From positions 73,904,001 to 73,968,000 of the forward strand of contig NC_043003.1 of the NCBI RefSeq assembly GCF_006345805.1: a stretch of DNA of 64,000 nt, written 5' to 3'. Below, in pieces: positions 56,471 through 64,000 of the stretch. The notes beneath the pieces are model-generated. The model was not told where the DNA came from. It did not search any database and worked only from the letters and a program-made list of their open reading frames with translations. Numbering within the stretch: position 1 is the first letter of the stretch; every line of letters begins with the position of its first letter. The position numbers and the translations under genes were made by a program. Origin of the DNA: Octopus sinensis. Lineage: Eukaryota.

Positions 56471-57117
56471 GATTCATTTGGTTTTCCAACAGTGGACACA
56501 ATTCAAGAAAGAAAGCAGGGAATTCTGCCTTGAACGGCTATAAGCAATTGGAGTCAGTGATGACACTATCTTTATGGTCTAGAGTCGGGGTATGAAATGT
56601 AACCATAAATTAATACGCAGCGCTGCTCAGTTAATGGAAGGGCATCACACCTCAAATCTAACGTCTGAGAATCTAATGAGCCAGTGAGGGACACAGACAT
56701 TCTCGGAAATTTATCCTGATATTCTCGATTATGTGTGTAAAGTGAAGAGAGAGTGAGAAATTGAAACACGAAAAGATGTACCGAAAGCGTAAGGGACGGA
56801 AATTGTCACAGTTACGACATAATTATAAACATACATTCGTAAATATTAATTTTGATATATCTATTATTAGTGTTGTTGTTAGGTCTTTCTTTTGTTTTTC
56901 TCTTCATAATAGATAATAGCAAAAAACAAACTTCTTCTTGTTGGTGGTGGTATTGTTACTGTTATAAGCAGAGGCGAGCACAAAAAAACAAAAAATTGTG
57001 GGGATCGTGGCTTTCCATTAAAACTCTCTCTGATAGCTGAAAAGTGTTGCTGAAAATGTTTTGCTAAAATTGCTGTTTCTTTTTAGATATCATCAGAAAA
57101 AGGTAATTAAAATTCAG

Positions 57118-57149
<32 letters not shown>

Positions 57150-57152
<3 letters not shown>

Positions 57153-57306
57153 AGTGGCTGTGTGGTAAGTAGCTTGTTTACCGACCACATGGTTCCGGGT
57201 TCAGTCTCACTGCGTGGCACTTTAGGCAGGTGTCTTGTAACTACAGCCTCGGGCCGACTAATGCTTTGTGAGTGGATTTGGTAGACGGAAACTGAAAGAA
57301 GCCTGT

Positions 57307-57341
<35 letters not shown>

Positions 57342-57558
57342 GTATGTGTTTGTGTGTCTGTGTTTATCCCCCTAGCATTGCTTGACAACCGATGCTGGTG
57401 TGTTTATGTCCCCGTTACTTGGCAGTTCGGCAAATTAGACCGATAGAATAAGTACTGGTCTTACAAAAGAATAAGTCCCGGGGTCGAGTTGCTCGATTAA
57501 AGGCGGTGCTCCAGCATGGCCGCAGTCAAATGACTGAAACAAGTAAAAGAGTAAAGAG

Positions 57559-57560
<2 letters not shown>
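57150..57560 (+). mobile_element. SINE family A, near full length
   Basis: Highly similar to the 52894-53290 copy; flanked by (TA)n on both sides. Confidence 0.95.
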
Positions 57561-57586
<26 letters not shown>

Positions 57587-57589
<3 letters not shown>

Positions 57590-57853
57590 ATGCTTGGGGA
57601 GATTCTGTTTGTGCCTTATAATTTAACACACTCACCGGTAAAAGTTTCCACTTATTTCTTATTTCTATTTTCCTAAAATTTCCGTTGCGACTGGCAAATT
57701 TTCAATAGTCTTAACTCTCACGGCGATTGAAAACGGTTGTAAAACGCAACGAAAATTTTAGGAAAATAAAAATAAGAAATAAGTGGAAATTTTTACCGCT
57801 GAATGAGCTAAATTATAAGGCACAGAAAGAAAATTACTCTCCCCAGACACAAC
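57587..57853. repeat. About 265-bp near-perfect hairpin (foldback/MITE-like)
   Basis: gtgccttataattt...tttccacttatttcttatttctattttcctaaaatttccgttgcg is the reverse complement of cgcaacgaaaattttaggaaaataaaaataagaaataagtggaaa...aaattataaggcac; loop about 20 nt. Confidence 0.9.
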
Positions 57854-58189
57854 AGAATATGCTTCAACACATGAAACTCAAAGAATCTTGCAAACCAAAT
57901 CTAAAGATATATATATATGTATGTGTGTGTGTGTATGTGTGTGTGTGTGCGTGCGTGCGTGTGTGTGTGTGCTAAAATGGAGGAGAGAAGAAGTTGAAAT
58001 GTAAGAGAATTTTGAAACGCTCTTACATTTCAAAATCTCTTCTCTTCTTCATTTTTAGGAAATTTGTTGAGTTTTGTGTGATTCCTTTCCATAAACTCAC
58101 AATATACCATACACAAGTATTATTTTCATATTTGCATACTTGTGCCTGTACGTTCCCTGCAATATATGAAGAAACTATATGAGAAATCT

Positions 58190-58385
58190 AACATAGACTC
58201 CGGCTCCGCCTGGGGGTGGTGGCGATTCCTGTTGTACTCCTTCGTCCCAAGTTTCTCTCACTGTTTCTCTTCCTATTTCTTTGGTAACCCTGCGATGGTC
58301 AGGCATCCCATCCAGCTGGGGGGAACACATACGCCACAGAAACCGGGAAACCATGGGCTAAGCTTGAAAAGGGCGCATAAAAAAA
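58190..58385 (+). mobile_element. SINE family D with V-domain-like core
   Basis: ggtaaccctgcgatggtcaggcatcccatccag resembles the V-SINE conserved core; the 3' end is shared with 31630-31730. Confidence 0.6.
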
Positions 58386-58989
58386 TATACATATATATAC
58401 ATATATATTTGCTTCGAATTATCCTTTCCGAAGTTTTCATATAATTGAAACATTATTTGATTTAGTTCTTCAATTTCGTCCGTATTTAATGCTTTCCTTT
58501 TTTTTTTTAGTTGTCTTTACGGCTCAGGCTCTTCTGGAATGTGTTTTATTTGAAGTTTGTGTTGAATAGTTATTGTTATTGAGATGAGCGTCGTAGTATA
58601 TACGTCTGCCTTGTTATTGGATTTGATCGTTTGCCAACGCTTACTTTTTCAATAAATTTATACTCACATCTACGTCATGGAGAAATTCCTCCCAACTGCA
58701 GATACTTGATCAACCCTCTGCGCTTGCTGACTCACATCGAAACTGTTTGCAGCTACACGAACCATAATAGGATAAAAAAAGAATAAACTTTTCGACTGAT
58801 AACGATACAGCAAGAGAAATGAACCTGATCTTATATTTGTGATAGGAAAACAATCTACTTTGTTAAGGGAACAAGAAAATAATGCAAATAAAACGAAGAA
58901 CGAAAATCGAATTAAGAAAATTTACTAAGATAAATTGGCAGAGAAAAATGTTGAATATCAAGATGGTGAAGTCCACGATTATTATAATG

Positions 58990-59381
58990 GACTTGTGTTG
59001 GCTTCCGTGGTTTGGATGATGGTGATAACAACACTGATCTGAAGCAGATTGAGTTGATATGGTAATGAGATCGAATGGTGTTGATTTTATTGATAATTAA
59101 TATAGTAAATGATGAAGTGGTGTTGAAGATCACAGTGATAATTACGATGTTGATGATGATGATGATGATGATGATGATCGTGGTAGTGATAAAGAAAACG
59201 ATGATGATGTTCTGGTGGAGATGATGTTGCTGCTGATGCTAAAGCTGATAATGATGAAGACGATATTGATAGCGACGATGATGTTGGTGATATTTATGAC
59301 AGTGATGATAAAGTTCATGATGAAGATGAAAATAATGATGACGATGATGATGATGATGACGACGACAACGACGACGACGAC

Positions 59382-59429
<48 letters not shown>

Positions 59430-60471
59430 GATGATGACAAAAGTGGAAAATAGTGTTGGTGTGCTGCTGATGATGATGGTGATTATGCTATAGATGGTAA
59501 TGCACTCAGCGATGGATATAATACAATTCCTGTTTAGACAGTTTAAGCTTGTGAGATGTAAAGTAAGGAGATAACGAGGTGGAAAATTATAGCAAGTTGA
59601 AGAGATTAGAGCTATCTCTGTAACATACAGTGTCTCGTAGTTGTGGTAGTAGTGGTTTTACAGTGGGAGTATTTAGTGGTAGTTTTAATTGTATTAGTGA
59701 TGGTTGCGTTGGTGGAGTTGCAGTGGTGATGAATTTAGTTATTGAGTTATTTAAGTGGTGTTCTTATGTATGTGTATGTCTGTTTTGTAGTTGAGGTGAG
59801 GATAGCGTAGAGATGAGAATAGTGATTATAAAAATATGGTAGTTGTCATTTAAGAGAGAAATTGGTGATGTTGTGTTGATGGCGGTGCTGGTTGCATCAT
59901 TCATGGTGGGATTGTGCTGGTGGTGATGATGATGATAATATTGATTGGTGTATTCGTGGCGGTAAATGCAGAGTCAAAACTGGTTTCAAATTTTGGCACA
60001 AAGCCAGCAAACTCGGGGAAGGAGTAAGACGCTTACATCAAAGGCAGTACTTAACTGGTGCATAATAAATTTAACTAAAAATAAAAAAAAGTTATACTTG
60101 ACCGCGTCGGGATTTGAACACAGTACGTCAAGAGTGACGAAATGCCGCACAGAAGATCTGCCCGGCCGGCTAACGATTCTGCCACATTACCACATTTATA
60201 GGTGAATTTAATATTGAGGTATTGAAAAGTGTGCTGATGTTTAGGGGATAAGTTTTTTTTTTGCCGTAGAGAAAATGGTGATTGAGATAGTTACGATGTA
60301 TATAGAGAAATACTCTCTGTGGAAGTTGGTGGTGATTGTTGCGAAGTTTCACTTGTGATGATGATGATGATGATGGTGATGATGCTGAAAGATTTGGGAA
60401 AGGTGTCGAAGACATTTGTAGGGAAACTTATGGAAGTATGGGCGGTAGTTAGTATTGGTAATAGTACTGCA

Positions 60472-60555
<84 letters not shown>

Positions 60556-62500
60556 TGTAGTGACGGAGATGTCAGGCGTAAAGATGATGTTGTTAGGTTA
60601 GTGTCGGTGGTTTTGGGGTTGATAGTGATGGTACGTGTCGGAGTGGTTTTGTTACGGATGTTGATGATGGTAGTGGTCGCAATAGTCATGATGGTAATAT
60701 AATAATGGTGGTGTTTTTTACGTAACTGATGGAAGTACTGGCGTTGGTGTTGATAAATGGCTTGGCTGCAGTAACAAATATGGTAGTGATGGTTATGGTA
60801 GTGGTAGTACTGGCTGTAGGGCTTCTGTTTTGTGGAGCCAATAAAGGTGGATGTAGTAGAGATGATGATGGCGCTTGTAGCGTTATTGCTGGTGACGGTA
60901 GTGATGCTATGTTTTGTTTTGAAATTTTATATGTGTTTATCGACGTCTGGTGAAGGCCGTGGATATTAATACGCATCAACGCATCTAAATACTGGGAGGA
61001 ACGGAACGAAGAGTCCACTCACGCCTATACTACGTATTTCTTGTACGTTCGCAAGTGAGTAATGCAATCTGTAGATGGAGCGGCACTTCATTATCACAAA
61101 TGTGTTTATGCCAAAACTTCCGTGTAGTAAAGTGTACCGTCTATTCTCAAGAAGCACGCATCATTCGAGAACCTTCACATCACCTAGTTTTATGTAATGA
61201 GAACTTATGTAGCACAATCCATTTCCTTCCGACTGTTGAGGTCTAACTCTAAATATCGTAAAAATAAAAGAGCTGGGAAGGAGACTGCATATCAGAGAGA
61301 TAAAAGACTTGTAAGATTCCGACAAAATATTTTTGCAGCCTACCGTTGTGATAGATTTGTTGGGATTCTATTTATTTCTCTGGCAACACAACGAGAGTAT
61401 TTAACCCTGAATTGATTATCTACTAATTATAATCATTAGCCGCAATCGTACCTGCACAGAACGTTAGATTCCGAATCTTTCAACAAGTTCACGATGGATG
61501 TTCTAACTACAAGGATCAACATCCCCAGGTACTTTTACTGCTCTCGGTCAGATACTTGGTCATTTTTGTTATTGTAGTAAAACACGTCGAATGATCGCAA
61601 ATTTACTCGTAGTAACAGTTGTGATGATAGAAGTAACATTCAAGAAGTAAATAGGAGTTTGAGCTTAACATGGTTTCTTGTAGTGATTTCGGATATTGGC
61701 AGTTATGTTGTTGTGGAGGTCGTGGTTGGGATTAAATTGGCAGGGCGATGTATTGGCGTTGATTATTTTGGTGATGAATTGGACGATATTTGTAAATGTG
61801 ATCAGAGTGAAACTTACAAAGGTGTTGGTGGAGGTTATAGCTATGATAGTTATTGTTTTTGTACTGATTATGTTGGTGAAGGTTATAAAGGAGATGGTAG
61901 TGAAGGTGATGCATATATAGAGCACTATTGTTGGTGATGATGGCGCTATGAGGTTGGTGATTTGTGGTGTGATTATTAACAGGGCACTACTGCTGCAGAG
62001 TTAATGTTGGATAGTTTTAAATGTAGTGGTAGTAGTTGTCATTGCGACGTTAAATCTGCTGCTGATACCGGAGATGGTAATGCAATGAACATTGGATGCC
62101 AGATAATTCCTACTTAGACAGTTTAATTGTGTGAGATGTAAAGTAAGGAGATAACGAGGTGTAAAATTGGTGCAAGTTGAAGAGATTATAGCTATCACTG
62201 TAACATAGACTGTATTGTACAAGTAGGGGGAAATACCGGCGATGTAGGAATGGGGCTGGTACTGGAGAAGAGTGTATAATAGTGTAGTGTGTTCGAGGTA
62301 TAAGGTGGTGGTGCTCTTGATGCAGTGTCATTATTTTTGATACCTGTGATCCTAGTCCTCCTACAGTGGTGTTGATAGTAGATGTTGACGGTGTGAAAGT
62401 CATTGTAGCAATGATCATGATGATAAATGTAGCGTTGGTGTTAAAGGGGAGAACTGATGATAGTGATGACAGTGGTGATGTTGTCAAAGTGGCCTAGCTG
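58990..62500. repeat. G/T-rich low-complexity region with (GAT)n, (GAC)n, (GTG)n and (TAG)n (about 60475-60555)
   Basis: Direct inspection; explains the poly-M/S/V/L ORFs. Confidence 0.9.
59995..60190 (-). mobile_element. SINE family B, antisense degenerate copy
   Basis: Minus: ggcagaatcgttagc...gtgttcaaatccc...ttgctggctttgtgccaaaatttgaa, matching 24650-24770 and 25240-25270. Confidence 0.8.
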
Positions 62501-63519
62501 TCCATGTTCACGTTCTGAAGAAGGAGTCAGACTAGTAGCAGCAAATGTACCTGAACTAGTAAGTAAAATAACACACACACACACGCATGCACATAGACAC
62601 GCAGGCATTCAGTCAGACACCACACAAACACACACATACTCACACACACATACATTGAGAGATTGAGGAGTGAGAGAGATTGAAAGGAAATACTAAATTA
62701 AGGAAAAGTGAGTTGCAAACTGGTTCTTTTTACAACATCTCTATTGCAATAGCCATAAAGTTTGTTCGTTCGCTTGCATTTTCCTGCAATTTAGTTATCA
62801 AGTTAAAATTTTAGCTAGACGTTTTTGCTGAAATTTATTTATAGGTTGTGTTAGCTTACGAACCATATGCAGTTGAGATATTTTATGCAATTATGAATAA
62901 TTTTTCCTCATTTATCTCAGTAATTTATTAGAAAAATGAGTTTAGAATTTTAAAAGTAGTATACGGTGACAATTCTAATCATTTTCCACCATCCGGTTAG
63001 TGCGGTTGGCTTGAAATTTTGCTGTAATTTAAAATATTGTCTTTAAATTTACCGTTTAATTTATAATACCATGCTTAAAATTTTCTTAAGGTATTTCCTT
63101 TTGGAGCATAATTTTGAAATTATTTGAAGAATGCTTCGTACTAATATAACTTATGTAGTTATGTAATATAACCAGCGTGTATATTAGATTTCTTCCGTTC
63201 GCTTATTATAAAAATATTGTTCCATTTTCAGGTGCTCTTTAATTTCCAGGAAACATATAATTCGGCTTTAACTTTTAAAGCTAACACTGGAAAGTATCAT
63301 AAAATATCTTAAAGTATTTAGAGTCTGATATTGAAAATTCGAATTAAGATAAAATCACCGTCTATCAAAAATTCAGTAAATGGAAGATAATTTCTCTTTC
63401 AAGATTCTAATATTATCCAACTAATCCTCTTATTTCCTGATACCTTTATACCCATCGTCAAGACGTTCGATGTTTATTTTTTCTTCTCTATCTGTCTGTC
63501 TGTTTCACTGCCGGTCTGT

Positions 63520-63552
63520 CTGTTTCTCTCTGTATATACATACATACATACA

Positions 63553-63614
<62 letters not shown>

Positions 63615-63627
63615 ATATGCATGTATG

Positions 63628-63663
<36 letters not shown>

Positions 63664-63705
63664 TGTATGCATGTATATATTTATATATATATATATATAT
63701 ACAAG
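63520..63705. repeat. (TA)n/(TACA)n microsatellite
   Basis: Direct inspection. Confidence 0.95.
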
Positions 63706-63886
63706 CGCACACACATATATAGAAACAATCTCTTGCCCACAGAAGATTTGGGTTCGAATCGTCAGTGTCGCGTTCGAAGTTTTACATCTAAAATTTTATT
63801 TATAGCTTTAGATACTTTGACACTTACCATTACAAATGTTTAATATATACATATACGTATATGTAATTGCGTATACAAGCATATGT

Positions 63887-64000
63887 GGAGGCGCGTGGCT
63901 TAGTGGTTAGGGTGTCAGTATGATGATCGTAAGATTGTGGTTTCGATTCCTGGACCGGGCGACGCGTTGTGTTCTTGAGCAAAACTCTACATTTCACGTT
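63887..64000 (+). mobile_element. tRNA-derived SINE family C, 5' end (runs off the window)
   Basis: ggaggcgcgtggcttagtggttaggg (A box)...gtttcgattcc (B box), then ttgtgttcttgagcaa...catttcacgtt, a CORE-like body rather than a tRNA acceptor end. Confidence 0.85.

Noticed and set aside
57062-57105. Minus-strand CTGATGA...GAAACAGC
   Set aside because: Helix II and stem I cannot form.
60960-61500. Possible further PLE endonuclease remnant
   Set aside because: Too degenerate to place motifs confidently; mentioned only as weak support for PLE density.
63887-63960. Possible tRNA gene
   Set aside because: A and B boxes are present, but the sequence continues into a SINE body with no acceptor-stem closure. 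The same applies to the SINE A and B heads.

Overview
AT-rich eukaryotic non-coding DNA, most likely from an octopus or other coleoid cephalopod. This is inferred from the recurring tRNA-derived SINE families and the very dense (TA)n, (AAT)n and (CA)n microsatellites. No intact host protein-coding gene can be supported, and almost all listed ORFs are microsatellite read-through or transposon fragments. The window is a transposon graveyard containing: a 5'-truncated but long R4/Dong-type RLE LINE inside an (AAT)n tract plus three older Dong-like fragments; about 8 Penelope-like element (PLE) remnants; L1/Tx1-like and RTE-like fragments; two mariner remnants, one Tc1 remnant and one hAT-like transposase remnant; several SINE families; and several foldback structures. 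The most interesting signal is a short element present twice, built as tRNA-like Pol III head, then (AAT)n, then a minimal hammerhead ribozyme, and preceded by an inverted copy of its own 3' end. It looks like a PLE-mobilised, ribozyme-bearing SINE. A second candidate system is a non-coding element that appears to share the Dong LINE's (AAT)n target. Most element boundaries are approximate and were read by eye.
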